Below are positions 1 to 11,797 of a stretch of DNA of 64,000 nucleotides, one piece after another. The notes beneath the pieces are model-generated. The model made no database searches and was not told where the DNA came from. It was given only the letters and a program-made list of their open reading frames with translations. Numbering within the stretch: the first letter of the stretch is position 1; the number at the start of each line of letters is the position of its first letter. The stretch comes from Alphaproteobacteria bacterium (lineage in GTDB: Bacteria > Pseudomonadota > Alphaproteobacteria > SHVV01): positions 1,856,001 to 1,920,000 of the forward strand of contig OZ253470.1 of the NCBI GenBank assembly GCA_965261735.1. The letters are read 5' to 3'. The position numbers and the translations under genes were made by a program.

Positions 1-57
1 GGCGGCCCTATCCGGAGCGCCGCGCACGACGGCGGGGGAGGCGGCGGGACGCGCGCC

Positions 58-1185
58 ATGACCAACGAGCCGGGCGCTCCCTCCCGGGTGAGCGTGGCGC
101 TGGGTGAACGCAGCTACGACATCGTTATTGGAAACGGCCTGCTCCGCGACGCCGGCACTTGGGCCGCTCCGCTGCTGTCGCGACCGCATGCCGCGATCGT
201 TACCGACTCGACTGTCGCCGCGCTTCACCTGCCGACGCTGGAAGAAGCGCTCGATAGTGCCGGCATTGGCCATCGCGCGATCGTTCTCGATCCCGGCGAG
301 GCGACCAAGGCGTTCACGCCTCTCGCGCAGCTGCTCGACGACCTGCTCGATGCAGGGGTCGAGCGCGGCGACACGATCCTCGCCCTCGGCGGCGGCGTCA
401 TCGGCGATATCGCCGGCTTCGCCGCCAGCGTTCTGCACCGCGGCGTCGACGTCATTCAGCTGCCGACGACGCTGCTGGCGCAGGTCGACAGCGCGGTCGG
501 CGGCAAGACCGGCATTAACACGCGGCACGGCAAGAACCTCGTCGGAAGCTTCCATCAGCCGCGGCTCGTCCTGGCCGATTCCGGCGTTCTCGATACCCTG
601 CCGCGCCGCCAGCTGCTTTCCGGCTACGCCGAGACCCTCAAATACGGCCTCATCGACGATGCCGATTTCTTCGCGTGGCTGGAGGCGAACGGGGCGGCCG
701 TCATCGCCGGCGATGGGCCCGCACGGCGCAAGGCGGTCGCTACCGCGTGTCGCGCCAAGGCTCGGGTGGTGGCGGCGGACGAGCGCGACAGGGGCGCCCG
801 CGCGCTCCTGAATCTGGGTCATACCTTTGCCCACGCGCTCGAGGTCGAGACCGGATTCGGCGCGAGCCTGCTGCATGGCGAGGCGGTCGCCATCGGCCTC
901 GCCATGGCGTTCGACCTGTCGGTCCGGCTCGGCTTCTGTGCGGCCGAGGATGCCGAGCGGGTGCGCCGGCACTTGGCGGTGGTCGGCTTGCCGACCTGCC
1001 CCGCGGATGCGGGGCTCGCGGCGGGCGAGGCCGATCGCCTGTTCGCCCACATGGGCCACGACAAGAAGGTGAGCCGCGGCAAGCTCATGCTGGTGTTGGT
1101 GCGGGGCGTCGGACAGGCCTTCCTGAGCGGCGACGTGGAAGGCGATGAAGTGTTGAACACCCTGCGGCGCGCTATGGCCGCTTGA
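58..1185 (+). CDS. aroB: 3-dehydroquinate synthase
   Basis: Motifs LGGGVIGD, PTTLLAQVDSAVGGKTGIN, GKNLVG, LNLGHTFAHA, LHGEAV. Confidence 0.97.
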   Translation: MTNEPGAPSRVSVALGERSYDIVIGNGLLRDAGTWAAPLLSRPHAAIVTDSTVAALHLPTLEEALDSAGIGHRAIVLDPGEATKAFTPLAQLLDDLLDAGVERGDTILALGGGVIGDIAGFAASVLHRGVDVIQLPTTLLAQVDSAVGGKTGINTRHGKNLVGSFHQPRLVLADSGVLDTLPRRQLLSGYAETLKYGLIDDADFFAWLEANGAAVIAGDGPARRKAVATACRAKARVVAADERDRGARALLNLGHTFAHALEVETGFGASLLHGEAVAIGLAMAFDLSVRLGFCAAEDAERVRRHLAVVGLPTCPADAGLAAGEADRLFAHMGHDKKVSRGKLMLVLVRGVGQAFLSGDVEGDEVLNTLRRAMAA

Positions 1186-1272
1186 GGCCGCGACCGCGGT
1201 GGGCGAGGTCATCGGAGACAGACGCCGTCAGCCGCCCGGCCGCGTGCGCGGCGCGTCCTGAACGGCCCCCCA

Positions 1273-2562
1273 ATGGACACGGCACTCGTCATCTCGCTAG
1301 CGGTGATCCTCGCCCTTCTCGTTCTGTCGGCCTTCTTCTCCGGCTCGGAAACCGCGCTGACGGCGGCCTCGCACGCCCGCATGCATCATCTCGAACGCCG
1401 CGGCAGTCGGCTCGCGGGCACGGTCAACCGGCTGACCGAGCGCCGGGAGGCGCTGATCGGGGCGATCCTTCTCGGCAACAACCTCGTCAACATCCTCGCG
1501 TCGGCGCTGGCCACCAGCCTCCTTATTGGTGTGTTCGGCTCCCTCGGTGTCGTCTACGCCACGGTCGCGATGACGGCGCTGGTTGTCGTGTTTGCCGAGA
1601 TTCTCCCCAAGACCTATGCCATCCGCCGCCCCGAGCGGGTTGCGCTTGCGGTTGCCCCGGCCATTCGCGTGGCGGTGTGGCTCCTGGCGCCGGCGACGAC
1701 GGCGGTCCAGGCTGTGATCGCTGCGACCTTCAGGCTGTTCGGCTACTGGCCCGGCGAGCGCCGCAGCCTGGTGTCGCCGGCGGAGGAGATTCAAGCGGCC
1801 GCCGATCTCTACACCCGTACCGGCGGACTCGTGGGCCACGAACGCGACATGATCGGCAGCATCCTCGATCTGTCCGAAGTGGCCATTTCCGAGGTCATGG
1901 TCCACCGGCGGGCGATGTTCATGGTCGATGCCGACGAAACCCCCGAGGCGATCATCGGGCAAATCCTTAGCAGCCCCTATACGCGCGTTCCGGTATGGCG
2001 GGACAACCCGGAAAACATCGTCGGCGTACTCCACGCTAAGGACGTGCTCGCCGCCATCATCAAGAATGGCGGCGCCACGGAGGGTATCGAGGTCGTCGCG
2101 CTGGCGCGCGAGCCGTGGTTCGTGCCCGAGACGACGATGCTGCACGAGCAGCTCAACGCCTTCCGCCGCCGCGCCGCCCACTTCGCGCTGGTCGTCGATG
2201 AGTATGGGGCGCTCATGGGAGTGGTCACCCTCGAGGACATCATCGAGGAGATCGTCGGCGATATCACCGACGAGCACGACGTCGCGGCGGCGGGCATTCA
2301 TCCGGCGGCCGACGGTAGCTGCGTGGTCGACGGGACGGTGACGATTCGCGATCTCAACCGTCAGTTCGACTGGGACCTGCCCGACGAGGAGGCGACCACG
2401 ATCGCCGGCTTGACCCTGCACGAGGCCAAGGTGATCCCCGAGGTCGGCCAGGTCTTTCGCGTTCACGGCTTTCGCTTCGAGGTCCTGCGCCGCCAGCGCA
2501 ATCAGATCACGGCGCTTAGGGTCACCCCCCCGGTGCCCACGCCCGATACGCCGCCCGCGTAG
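1273..2562 (+). CDS. HlyC/CorC (CNNM) family transporter: DUF21 + CBS pair + CorC domain
   Basis: SAFFSGSETAL, FAEILPK, YTRVPV, VVDEYG..G.VTLEDIIEEIVG motifs. Confidence 0.93.
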   Translation: MDTALVISLAVILALLVLSAFFSGSETALTAASHARMHHLERRGSRLAGTVNRLTERREALIGAILLGNNLVNILASALATSLLIGVFGSLGVVYATVAMTALVVVFAEILPKTYAIRRPERVALAVAPAIRVAVWLLAPATTAVQAVIAATFRLFGYWPGERRSLVSPAEEIQAAADLYTRTGGLVGHERDMIGSILDLSEVAISEVMVHRRAMFMVDADETPEAIIGQILSSPYTRVPVWRDNPENIVGVLHAKDVLAAIIKNGGATEGIEVVALAREPWFVPETTMLHEQLNAFRRRAAHFALVVDEYGALMGVVTLEDIIEEIVGDITDEHDVAAAGIHPAADGSCVVDGTVTIRDLNRQFDWDLPDEEATTIAGLTLHEAKVIPEVGQVFRVHGFRFEVLRRQRNQITALRVTPPVPTPDTPPA

Positions 2563-2608
2563 CGCCGATTTTGTTGCGGATAGGAGCGCGAGCGGCGCCG
2601 GCCCCGGC

Positions 2609-3484
2609 ATGATCGCCCAGCTGTTCGGCGTGATTGCGCCCTTGATCGCGTGCTCGGCGCTGGGCTACGGCTGGGCGAAGACGGGCCAGAGTTTCGACAC
2701 GCGCGGAATCGCCGCGTTGGTGTCCAACATCGGGCTGCCGTGCCTCGCCTTCACGACGCTGGTCACCGCCACCATCGACTCGCGAGCCGCCTCGGAGCTG
2801 GCGATCGCCGCCGCTCTCGCGCTGTTGGCCTTTCTCGGCATCGGCCTCGTGATCCTCAGGTCGGTCGGGCTCCCCGCCCATACCTACCTGCCGGTGGTCG
2901 CCTTACCCAACGCCGGCAATATGGGCCTGCCGGTGTGCCTCTTCGCCTTTGGCGAGCTCGGCTTGGCCTACGGCATCGTGTGGGCCATCATCGCCGCGCT
3001 GATGCACTACACCTTCGGCGTGTGGATCGCGAGCGGGCGCGGCTCGCCGGGCTTTCTGGTGCGCACGCCGCTCGTCTACGCCATCGCCATCGCGTTCGCC
3101 TTCGTGCTCACCGACGCGGCCCCGCCGGGCTGGGTGCTCGATACCACCCATCTGCTCGGGGGGGTCACCATCCCCTTGATGCTGGTCACGCTCGGCGTGT
3201 CGCTCGCGCGCCCGACCACCGTCCGACTGGGGCGCGGCCTTGCGCTCGCGCTGGCGCGGCTCGCCATGGGTTTCGGCGTCGGCCTCGGTCTTGCCGAGCT
3301 CTTCGGCCTGCACGGGATCGCCCGCGGCGTGATGATCATCGAATCGGCGATGCCGGCGGCGGTGTTCAACTACATCCTGGCCGAGCGCTACGCTCGCGCC
3401 CCGAGCGAAATTGCCGGTATCGTCGTTCTCTCGACGCTGCTCTCCTACGCGACGCTACCCTTGCTCTTGCTCGTGGTGCTGTGA
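2609..3484 (+). CDS. AEC (auxin efflux carrier) family membrane transporter
   Basis: Very hydrophobic 291 aa; PNAGNMGLP and SAMPAAV motifs. Confidence 0.88.
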   Translation: MIAQLFGVIAPLIACSALGYGWAKTGQSFDTRGIAALVSNIGLPCLAFTTLVTATIDSRAASELAIAAALALLAFLGIGLVILRSVGLPAHTYLPVVALPNAGNMGLPVCLFAFGELGLAYGIVWAIIAALMHYTFGVWIASGRGSPGFLVRTPLVYAIAIAFAFVLTDAAPPGWVLDTTHLLGGVTIPLMLVTLGVSLARPTTVRLGRGLALALARLAMGFGVGLGLAELFGLHGIARGVMIIESAMPAAVFNYILAERYARAPSEIAGIVVLSTLLSYATLPLLLLVVL

Positions 3485-3792
3485 GTGTCGGGCGCGGTTT
3501 TACCGGCGCCGCCCTCATCGATGCCGGCTTCGGCCGGGGTTTCGGTGACGAGCGACAGCGCGTGGATCTGGTTGGCGAGCTCGGGCGCCAGGATCTCGTA
3601 GACCGCGCGCTGGCGGGCGATCCGCGACTGGCCGGCGAATGCGGCGGCGACGATGCGCACGCGGAAATGGCTCTCGCCGCCGGCTCGCGCGCCGGCGTGG
3701 CCCGCGTGTAGGTGCGATTCGTCCGTGATCTCGAGCGCCGCGGGCTCAAGGGCCGCCTCGAGCTTGCGCTTGATCGCCTCGGCCACGCTCAT
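3445..3792 (-). CDS. bolA: BolA family protein
   Basis: DESHLHAGH..GGESHF, RIARQRAVY, IHAL; start placed at ATG 3792 inside the longer ORF. Confidence 0.9.
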   Translation of the reverse strand: MSVAEAIKRKLEAALEPAALEITDESHLHAGHAGARAGGESHFRVRIVAAAFAGQSRIARQRAVYEILAPELANQIHALSLVTETPAEAGIDEGGAGKTAPDTHSTTSKSKGSVA

Positions 3793-3916
3793 ATAGAGCT
3801 TCCGCTTCTGCCGCCGTGGCCGCAACCATGAGGGTCGAACGGGGTCGATGTCAAGCCGCCGACGGGCGCGGTCGCGCCCTTGCATGGGGCTTCGCCAGCC
3901 CCCATAATTCGACGCG

Positions 3917-4480
3917 ATGGATGGATTGGATCTCGCTGGCTTGGATCCGGCGGGGCCGGAGGCGCGGCACTGCGAGCATCCGGGCTGCGCTGAAAACGGC
4001 GAGTTTCGGGCGCCCAAGTCGCGCGATAATCTTGGCAACCACTATTGGTTTTGCCTCGCCCACGTGCGCGAGTACAACTCGGCCTGGGATTACTTCGTGG
4101 GCATGACTCAAGAGGAGATCGAGAGGTATCAGCGCGAGGACGTCACATGGCACCGCCCCACTTGGCGCCTCGGGGCGCGCGCCGCGGATGCGGCGACTTC
4201 GCCGCCGCGCGATAATTTCGGCTTCTTTGGAGCGAGGGAGTCGGGACGGCACGAGCGCGGCGCTGGCGCGGCCGAGCCGTCAACCCCGGTGCGCAACGCC
4301 CTCGCGGTCCTCAATCTCGAGACGTCGGCGACCCCCGACGAGGTGAGGACGCGCTACAAGGAGCTCGTGAAGCGCTTCCACCCCGACCTCAATGGCGGCT
4401 CCAAGGACGCCGAGGAGAGACTCAAGGTTATCAACCAGGCGTACGCTCATTTGGCCGCGCGCGGCCCCACGGGGCCCTAG
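3917..4480 (+). CDS. DnaJ-domain protein (N-terminal Cys/His cluster, C-terminal J domain)
   Basis: [21 protein letters not shown]; HPD motif in [10 protein letters not shown]; typical bolA-J-cobS-cobT synteny. Confidence 0.9.
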   Translation: MDGLDLAGLDPAGPEARHCEHPGCAENGEFRAPKSRDNLGNHYWFCLAHVREYNSAWDYFVGMTQEEIERYQREDVTWHRPTWRLGARAADAATSPPRDNFGFFGARESGRHERGAGAAEPSTPVRNALAVLNLETSATPDEVRTRYKELVKRFHPDLNGGSKDAEERLKVINQAYAHLAARGPTGP

Positions 4481-4505
4481 CCTCGCCGGTCGCGCGGATT
4501 TTCAT

Positions 4506-5534
4506 ATGTCAACGGATCAAGGTGATATGACCGATTTGGACTCCATCGGCGTCACGGATGGAATGCCGAGCGGCCTGCCGGACATTCAGGTTTCGGTGCG
4601 CCAGCTCTTCGGCATCGACAGCGATCTCGAGGTACCCGCGTTCTCGCAAACCAGCGAGCACGTGCCCGATACCGACGAGGCCTACTGCTTCGACCAGGAC
4701 ACCACCCTCGCCATCCTCGCCGGCTTCGCCTTTAACCGCCGCGTGATGATTCAGGGCTATCACGGGACGGGCAAGTCGACCCACATCGAACAGGTGGCGG
4801 CGCGCCTGTGCTGGCCCTGCATCCGCGTCAATCTCGACAGCCATATCAGCCGCATCGATTTGGTGGGCCGGGACGCGATCGTGCTGCGCGACGGCAAGCA
4901 GGTGACGGAGTTTCGTCAGGGCATGCTGCCTTGGGCGCTGCAGTCGCCGACCGCGATCGCGTTCGACGAGTACGACGCCGGTCGCCCCGACGTGATGTTC
5001 GTGATCCAACGTGTCCTCGAGGCCGACGGCAAGCTGACTCTGCTCGACCAGAATCAGGTGATCCGCCCACACCCGGCGTTCCGCCTGTTTTCGACCACCA
5101 ACACCGTCGGCCTCGGCGATACCACCGGGCTCTACCACGGCACGCAGCAGATCAACCAGGGCCAGCTCGACCGCTGGAACATCGTCGCGACCCTCAATTA
5201 CCTACCTCACGACGACGAGATGAGGATCGTCCTCTCCAAGGTGCCGTCCTACGACACCGCCGACGGGCACAAGACGGTAAGCGCCATGATCGTGGTCGCC
5301 GAGCTTACGCGCGCCGGATTCATGGCCGGCGACATCTCGACGGTGATGTCGCCCCGGACGGTCATCCACTGGGCCGAGAACGCGGAGATCTTCGGTGGTG
5401 ACCTGTCGTTCGCCTTCCGGGTGACCTTCCTCAACAAGTGCGACGAGACCGAACGCGCCAGCGTGGCCGAGTACTTCCAGCGCAGCTTCGGCCTCGAGCT
5501 TCCCGAATCCAGCGCCAACGCCACGATGGGATGA
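4506..5534 (+). CDS. cobS: Cobaltochelatase AAA+ subunit CobS
   Basis: Walker [40 protein letters not shown]; start approximate. Confidence 0.95.
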   Translation: MSTDQGDMTDLDSIGVTDGMPSGLPDIQVSVRQLFGIDSDLEVPAFSQTSEHVPDTDEAYCFDQDTTLAILAGFAFNRRVMIQGYHGTGKSTHIEQVAARLCWPCIRVNLDSHISRIDLVGRDAIVLRDGKQVTEFRQGMLPWALQSPTAIAFDEYDAGRPDVMFVIQRVLEADGKLTLLDQNQVIRPHPAFRLFSTTNTVGLGDTTGLYHGTQQINQGQLDRWNIVATLNYLPHDDEMRIVLSKVPSYDTADGHKTVSAMIVVAELTRAGFMAGDISTVMSPRTVIHWAENAEIFGGDLSFAFRVTFLNKCDETERASVAEYFQRSFGLELPESSANATMG

Positions 5535-5544
5535 TACGGGCCGG

Positions 5545-7395
5545 ATGATCGAGTCCGACGAGCCGGTCGAGGTCTTCACCCGCGCGGTCGCCGCCGCGAT
5601 GCGGGCCGTCGCCGAAGAGCCGGAACTCGCCGTGACCTTCGGCCGCGAGGCGCCGCGACTGGTCGGTCACGAGGCGCGCATGCCGATGCCGGCCGACACC
5701 TCGCAGTCGCGCGAGGTTGCCGCCCTGCGCGGCACCGGCGATGTGATGGCGCTCCGGGTGCGCTATCACGATGCCGGCGTCCACGCGGCGCACGCGCCCG
5801 CGGGCCAGGACGTCCGGCGCGTGTTCGATGCCCTTGAGCTCGCGCGAATCGAGTCGCTCGGCGCGCGCCGCATGCAAGGCGTCGCCGACAACCTCCACGT
5901 CCTGCTCAACGAGCACTGCCGGAGCGCCGGCTACGCCCATCTCGCCGGTAAGGACGAGGCGCCGCTCGCCGAAGCGCTCGGCCTGATGCTGCGTGAGCGC
6001 ATTACCGGCCGCGCGACGCCGCGCGACGGCCATCGCCTGGTCGAGGTATGGCGCGACGAGGTCGAGCAGAAGGCAGGCCAGGATGTGCGCGCACTCGTCG
6101 ACGCCGTCTCCGATCAGGAGGCGTTCTGCCGCCACGCGCGCAAGCTCATCGTCCACCTCGACCTCGCGCCCGAGGAAGACGACGAGGACGAGGAACAGGG
6201 CGGCGAAGGCAGCGACGAGAATCGCAGCCCCGGCGGCGGCGAGGGGTCCGAAGGGGACGACGCGGCGGCCGAATCGCTGAGCGGGGCGGCCGAGCTCGAC
6301 GGCAGCGCCGAGGACCAGGGCGAGGAGCTGGCGGCGACGAGCGACCAGAGCCAGCCCGCGGGCGGCGAAGAGGTCGGCCGCGCCCGGCGCCCCTCGCGGC
6401 TCGATGCGTCATCGCCCGATGCCACCAACTCACCGACCTACGGGATCTACAGCAGCGCCTTCGACGAGGTCGTCAAGGCGTCCGATCTGTGCGAGGCAGC
6501 GGAGCTCGCGCGCCTCAGGAACCATCTCGACCAGCAGCTCCAGCACCTCCAGGGGTCGGTCGCGCGCCTCGCCAACCGGCTCCAGCGCCGGCTGCTGGCC
6601 AAGCAGCGGCGGTCGTGGGAGTTCGACCTCGACGAGGGCATCCTCGATGCGGCGCGGCTCGCCCGGGTGGTCGTCAACCCGGTCCACTCGCTGTCCTTCA
6701 AGGTCGAGAAGGAGAGCAAGTTTCGCGACACCGTCGTGACCATGCTGGTCGACAACTCGGGTTCGATGCGCGGCCGGCCGATCAGCGTCGCCGCAATGTG
6801 CACCGACATCCTCGCGCGCACCCTCGAGCGCTGCGGCATCAATGTGGAGATCCTCGGCTTCACGACCCGGGCGTGGAAGGGCGGCCAGTCGCGCGAGCAA
6901 TGGTTGGGTGCCGGCAAGCCGGCCAACCCGGGGCGCCTCAACGACCTGCGCCACATCGTCTACAAGTCGGCGGACGAGCCGTGGCGGCGGGCGCGCCGGA
7001 GCCTCGGCCTGATTATGCGCGAGGGCCTGCTCAAGGAGAACATCGACGGCGAGGCCGTGCTGTGGGCGCACAGCCGGCTGCTCGGGCGGCCCGAGCAGCG
7101 CCGCATCCTGATGGTGATCTCGGACGGGGCGCCCGTGGACGACAGCACCCTATCGGTCAATTCCGGCAACTACCTCGATCGCCACCTGCGCGACGTGATC
7201 GGCTGGATCGAGGCGCGCTCGCCGGTCGAGCTCATCGCCATCGGCATCGGCCACGACGTCACCCGCTACTACCACCGCGCTGTCACCATCGTCGATGCCG
7301 AGCAGCTCGGCGGCGCCATGATCGAGCAGCTCGCGGGCCTGTTCGAGGAGGAGACCGCCCCGCCACGCCGCCGCGCCGGCGCAGGGGCGCGTTAG
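5545..7395 (+). CDS. cobT: Cobaltochelatase subunit CobT (acidic linker + vWA domain)
   Basis: [40 protein letters not shown]; directly follows cobS. Confidence 0.95.
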   Translation: MIESDEPVEVFTRAVAAAMRAVAEEPELAVTFGREAPRLVGHEARMPMPADTSQSREVAALRGTGDVMALRVRYHDAGVHAAHAPAGQDVRRVFDALELARIESLGARRMQGVADNLHVLLNEHCRSAGYAHLAGKDEAPLAEALGLMLRERITGRATPRDGHRLVEVWRDEVEQKAGQDVRALVDAVSDQEAFCRHARKLIVHLDLAPEEDDEDEEQGGEGSDENRSPGGGEGSEGDDAAAESLSGAAELDGSAEDQGEELAATSDQSQPAGGEEVGRARRPSRLDASSPDATNSPTYGIYSSAFDEVVKASDLCEAAELARLRNHLDQQLQHLQGSVARLANRLQRRLLAKQRRSWEFDLDEGILDAARLARVVVNPVHSLSFKVEKESKFRDTVVTMLVDNSGSMRGRPISVAAMCTDILARTLERCGINVEILGFTTRAWKGGQSREQWLGAGKPANPGRLNDLRHIVYKSADEPWRRARRSLGLIMREGLLKENIDGEAVLWAHSRLLGRPEQRRILMVISDGAPVDDSTLSVNSGNYLDRHLRDVIGWIEARSPVELIAIGIGHDVTRYYHRAVTIVDAEQLGGAMIEQLAGLFEEETAPPRRRAGAGAR

Positions 7396-7416
7396 TCGTG
7401 TGCTCATGAACTGAGG

Positions 7417-7490
7417 GTCTGCCTACGGCCACATTGCAGACCTTCAGAGACCGGCGCACGCGGTGCCGGTTATGACCCCATTTCGGACAT
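7417..7490. repeat. Bipartite palindromic site, copy 1 (GTCTGC-N13-GCAGAC plus degenerate partner)
   Basis: GTCTGC-N13-GCAGAC at 7417-7441; partner about 7465-7488 ending TGACCCCATTTCGGAC. Confidence 0.6.
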
Positions 7491-7962
7491 CGTGACACCG
7501 GGCGTGGACCAAAACGTGCGATGGTCTACCTGCGACACGCATGTTTGCTCATGAGGCCCCAAATGGCGGACGCGAAGCGCCGGTTGGCTAGCAACGTTGA
7601 GGGTGATTTCTTCGTCGACTCGAGCTGCATCAATTGCGGCGTCAGCCGAAGCTACGCGCCGAAGACCTTTGGCGACGATGGTGCTCACGCGTTCGTCAAG
7701 AATCAACCGTCCTCGGAGCCGGATACTCTCGCCGCCCAAATGGCCCTGTTGGCTTGCCCGGTCGTCGCCATTGGAACGTCGCAAAAGCAGGACCTATCCC
7801 TCGCACGCAGTTCGTTCCCATTTGCCGTCGCGGACAGCGTCTTTGTCAACGGATACAACGACCGCTCCTCTTACGGAGCTCACAGTTACTTTATTCGTGG
7901 TGACAATGAGAATTGGATGGTGGACGCGCCCCGCTTCACCAAGCACCTGGCGAACAACATCG

Positions 7963-9067
7963 CTTGCCTATCCGGTTTACACCCACACCCACTAGGGCTA
8001 GAATGGGCGCAACCCGGATATAGGGGAGCGCGCCATGGATGTTCTCGACCGCGCCGATCTCCCATTCCCGCATTCGCTACCCGAGTTCCAGCGACTTTTC
8101 CCCGATGATGCGGCCTGCGCCGCCTACCTGGAGAAAGCCCGCTGGGGAGACGGCTTTGCCTGCCCGCACTGCGGCACGGCGGGAGAGCCGTTCCACTTTG
8201 AAAACCGCCCTGGCGTCCTGCGCTGCCGCAAGTGCCGCCAGAACACCGGGCTGACGGTGGGAACAGTGATGGAGCGTAGCCACACTCCGCTGAACGTCTG
8301 GTTCTGGGCCGCTTATCTGGTCGCCAGTCAGACGCCCGGCATGTCCGCCGTGCAGTTTCAGCGGCAACTTGGTCTTTCGCGCTACGAGACGGCCTTTCAA
8401 ATTCTCCACAAGCTCCGCTCGGGCATGGTGCGGCCCAACCAAGACAGGATCGGTGGACAGCCCAAGAACCATGTTGAGGTGGACGAAACCTGGGTTGGCG
8501 GGCGAACGCGTGGGGAAGGCCGTGGTGTTCACCACAAGGTTCCCGTCTCCTGTGCCATCGAGGTGCGTCATCGAAAGCCGGGCACCAAGCTCGACAACCG
8601 GAAAGACGGACGCTATGCCGGACGCGTTCGGCTCGCCGTCGTGCTCGACCGTAGCGCCGAGTCGCTCTGTGGGTTCGTCGAGAGCACCGTCGCGCCGCGA
8701 TCGCTGATCGTTACTGACGATTGGAGCGGCTATGCTGGCCTCGGTAAGCGCGGCTATGAGCACTTCGCTGTTGCCGAGTGTGGTGATCCAGAGGTTGCCG
8801 AGCAATACCTGCCGATCATCCATCTGGTTTTCGCCAACCTGAAGACGTGGCTGATCGGTATCCACCACGGCGTTAGCCACCAGCACCTACAAGCCTACCT
8901 CAACGAGTTCACCTTCCGCTTCAACAGGCGGTTCTACCCGTTCAACGCCTTCCGCTCATTGCTCGGCATCGCGGGCGACACCTCTGCTCCAACCTATGCC
9001 GAGCTTTACTCGGGAGAGTGGCGGCACCCTACATGTAGCGGTCATGGGCGTTAACCGGATAGGCAAG
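7963..9067 (+). mobile_element. IS1595-family insertion sequence (1105 bp)
   Basis: 15-bp perfect terminal IR CTTGCCTATCCGGTT; 8-bp TSD CAACATCG at 7955-7962 and 9068-9075. Confidence 0.95.
8035..9054 (+). CDS. IS1595-family transposase
   Basis: Zn ribbon CPHC..CRKC, VEVDET, TDDWSGY, HGVSHQHLQAYLNEFTFRFNRR. Confidence 0.95.
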   Translation: MDVLDRADLPFPHSLPEFQRLFPDDAACAAYLEKARWGDGFACPHCGTAGEPFHFENRPGVLRCRKCRQNTGLTVGTVMERSHTPLNVWFWAAYLVASQTPGMSAVQFQRQLGLSRYETAFQILHKLRSGMVRPNQDRIGGQPKNHVEVDETWVGGRTRGEGRGVHHKVPVSCAIEVRHRKPGTKLDNRKDGRYAGRVRLAVVLDRSAESLCGFVESTVAPRSLIVTDDWSGYAGLGKRGYEHFAVAECGDPEVAEQYLPIIHLVFANLKTWLIGIHHGVSHQHLQAYLNEFTFRFNRRFYPFNAFRSLLGIAGDTSAPTYAELYSGEWRHPTCSGHGR

Positions 9068-9558
9068 CAACATCGAGGCGGTGGGTGGCCTCGATTGCAT
9101 CTTCCTCACACACCGCGACGACGTCAACGACGCTCATGAGTACGCGGCATTCTTCGGCGCCGAGCGCGTCATCCATGAGTTCGAAAGGGCGGCCCAGCCG
9201 GGCGCTGAAATCATCCTAGAGGGGGAGGACGACCACAAGGTTAGAAGCGCGCGGATCTTGTTTACCCCGGGCCACACGAAAGGTCACATGGTACTCTTGT
9301 GGCGGGATGCCTACTTGTTTGTCGGCGATCATTTCGCGCCTAGCACCGCCTGCTGGCACTCTTGGGACGCACAAATTGAGTCCACCAGGAAGCTTGACGA
9401 CTTGACCGGGGTGGAGTGGGTATTTCCCGGTCATGGCAAGTGGTTTCCGGTTCCGCCAAGAGATTTCCCAAAGGTAATCAGACAAAGAGTGCGCAAGATG
9501 GTTGCGGAGCGGTGATCGACGCTGATAAGCGCGCGCTAGTCGCTACCCCCGAAATTCC

Positions 9559-9629
9559 GTCTGCTTCGCCTGGCGGAGCAGACTCTCTAGCGATCCCGCC
9601 GTTCGTCCGGCCATGACCTGGAGCGGATG
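9559..9629. repeat. Bipartite palindromic site, copy 2
   Basis: GTCTGC-N13-GCAGAC at 9559-9583; partner GTCCGG-N12-GCGGAT at 9605-9628. Confidence 0.6.
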
Positions 9630-10013
9630 CTCGCAGAATTCCTAAAGGGTCTGTTTGAGCGCTATTTTGGTGTCGGCGGGCGCGTCCATGCAAGCGTAGC
9701 ACCTGATGCGGCCGCCTCCGTTGCGCACGAGCACCTCGGCGCGCTTGAACGTGGCCCCTAGTTAAGGGCGGCACAATGTTGAACCAAATCATCGTGGCAA
9801 GACTGAAACGCATCATTGACTGGTACGCCCATACACCGCCGGAATTGCCGACCGGTGAGGCACGCATCCATACAGGCGCGAAGATTGGGTACAGAGTATG
9901 GATGATGGTTCGGGCTGCAACCGCCCTCTGGCCGGGCTGCCCGCCTCCCGCGACGACCGCGCCCAGGCCATTGCGCGGTTGGCGCTTGCCATGGTCGCAG
10001 TCGCAGACGATGT

Positions 10014-11462
10014 GATCGTGTCCCGCGGAGTGGTGTAAGAGCGTTGCGCTCTACGCGGCTCCCGGCGGGTAGGGCCGGGACGTTCAGGCTGCCACGGTGG
10101 GCAGCGTGATGGGGACACCATCGCTCAGCGGAGCGATGGATTCCAGCGTCATGTATCTCCTTGAGACGGCCCACTCGTCGTTCTGCTCGAGAAGGATGGC
10201 GCCGACGAGCCGTGTGATGGCGGCTTCGTTGGGAAAGATACCGACGACGTTGGTGCGACGCTTGACCTCGGCATGGAGCCGTTCGATCGGGTTTGTGGAG
10301 TGCAATTTCTGGCGGTGCTCCCTGGGGAAGCTCATGTAGGCGAGGACGTCGTGCTCGGCTTCGTCCATGAGAACTGCCAGCTTGGGCACCTTGGGCCTGA
10401 GCTGGTCGGCGACCTGGCGCCACTGGACCTTCGCGCTGTCGGCGTCCTCCTGGGCGAAGGCGGTGGCGACGAAGGCGGAGACGACGCGCCGGCCCTGGCG
10501 GCCGGCATGGGCCAGCAGGTTGCGGGCGAAGTGCACGCGGCAGTGCTGCCATGTGGCGCCGAGGATCCGGGTCGCGGCGGCCTTCAGGCCCTTGTGGTCG
10601 TCGGAGATCACCAGCTTCACGCCGCGCAGCCCGCGCCGGGCCAGCGAGCGCAGGAACTCGGTCCAGAAGGTCTCGGCCTCCGACGCGCCGATCGCCACGC
10701 CCAGGACCTCGCGGCGGCCTTGGTCGTTGACGGCCACAGCCACGGTCACCGCGACCGAGACGATGCGTCCGGTCTGGCGCACCTTCACGTAGGTGGCGTC
10801 GAGCCACAGATAGGGCCAGTCGCCCTCCAGCGGTCGATCGAGGAAGCCGTTGACCTTATCGTCGATCTCGCCGCACAGCCTGGAGACCTGGCTCTTGGAG
10901 GCGCCCGACATCCCCATCGCCTGAACCAGATCGTCGACCGAGCGGGTCGACACCCCCTGGATGTAGGCCTCCTGGATCACCGCAGCCAGCGCCTTCTCGG
11001 CCATCCGCCGCGGCTCCAGGAAGCCCGGGAAGTAGCTCCCCTTCCTCAGCTTCGGGATCTTCAGCTCGACCGTGCCGGCCCGCGTCTCCCAGGACCGGTC
11101 GCGGTAGCCGTTGCGATGGGTGATACGATCCGCCGAGCGCTCGCCGTGCCCGGCGCCGGTCAGGCCCTCAACCTCCAGTGCCATCAGCCGCTCGGCCGTG
11201 AAGCCGATCATCTCGCAAAGCAGATCGGCATCGGAGCTCTTCTCCAAAAGCGCGCGCAGGGTCATCATGTCCTGGGTCATCGTGGTTCTCCTTCGGGTCA
11301 GGTTGGTTTGCACTAGCCCAACCCTAAACCGGAACCGCGATGGCCTCCGCTGTGGATAGCCGGCTTGCCTACGCCAGACTCTCGGCGGTCGCTACGGCAA
11401 GCCGCCTACCCACAGCTACCAGAGGCTCCAACAACTCCTACACCACGTCCTGGGACACGACC
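10014..11462 (-). mobile_element. IS256-family insertion sequence (1449 bp)
   Basis: Imperfect IRs G(A/G)TCGTGTCCC..GTGGTGTA; 8-bp TSD GACGATGT at 10006-10013 and 11463-11470. Confidence 0.93.
10084..11313 (-). CDS. IS256-family transposase
   Basis: [40 protein letters not shown]; start may be a few codons later. Confidence 0.95.
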   Translation of the reverse strand: MQTNLTRRRTTMTQDMMTLRALLEKSSDADLLCEMIGFTAERLMALEVEGLTGAGHGERSADRITHRNGYRDRSWETRAGTVELKIPKLRKGSYFPGFLEPRRMAEKALAAVIQEAYIQGVSTRSVDDLVQAMGMSGASKSQVSRLCGEIDDKVNGFLDRPLEGDWPYLWLDATYVKVRQTGRIVSVAVTVAVAVNDQGRREVLGVAIGASEAETFWTEFLRSLARRGLRGVKLVISDDHKGLKAAATRILGATWQHCRVHFARNLLAHAGRQGRRVVSAFVATAFAQEDADSAKVQWRQVADQLRPKVPKLAVLMDEAEHDVLAYMSFPREHRQKLHSTNPIERLHAEVKRRTNVVGIFPNEAAITRLVGAILLEQNDEWAVSRRYMTLESIAPLSDGVPITLPTVAA

Positions 11463-11797
11463 GACGATGTGGCGGGGGAGACAGGCGAACCGCTGCAAAT
11501 CCGGGTTGGCATCCATTCCGGCGCGGTGGTCGCCGGCGTTATCGGCCAGCGCAAGTTTGCTTACGATATCTGGGGCGACACAGTGAACGTCGCCGCATGG
11601 AGAGCCACGGGGTGGCGGGACGGGTGCAGATCAGCGCTGAGACAGCCGACTTCCTCGACGGTGACTTCGACGTGGAAGCACGAGGCGAGATTGAGATCAA
11701 GGGTAAGGGCATGATGATGGCGTATCTCTTGAATGGGGAGAAAGCCGCTGCGGTTGCACAAGCGATTTAGGCCCCATTTCAAGATCCCCTGAACAAG

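Larger units (their letters stand above)
7563..9515 (+). pseudogene. Ferredoxin-MBL-fold metallo-hydrolase interrupted by an IS1595-family element
   Basis: N-part has FFVDSSCINCG and ACPV; removing the IS and one TSD copy rejoins KHLANNI|EAVGGLDCIFLTHRDD in frame; C-part has TPGHTKGH and PGHG. Confidence 0.9.
9925..11770 (+). pseudogene. Class III adenylate/guanylate cyclase remnant (5'-truncated, IS256-interrupted, frameshifted)
   Basis: AGLP..AIARLALAMVAVADDV|[41 protein letters not shown]; after a frameshift near 11595 [23 protein letters not shown]; 5' limit approximate. Confidence 0.85.

Noticed and set aside
3445-7395. cobS-cobT without cobN as a novelty
   Set aside because: bolA-DnaJ-cobS-cobT unlinked from cobN is the usual alphaproteobacterial arrangement.
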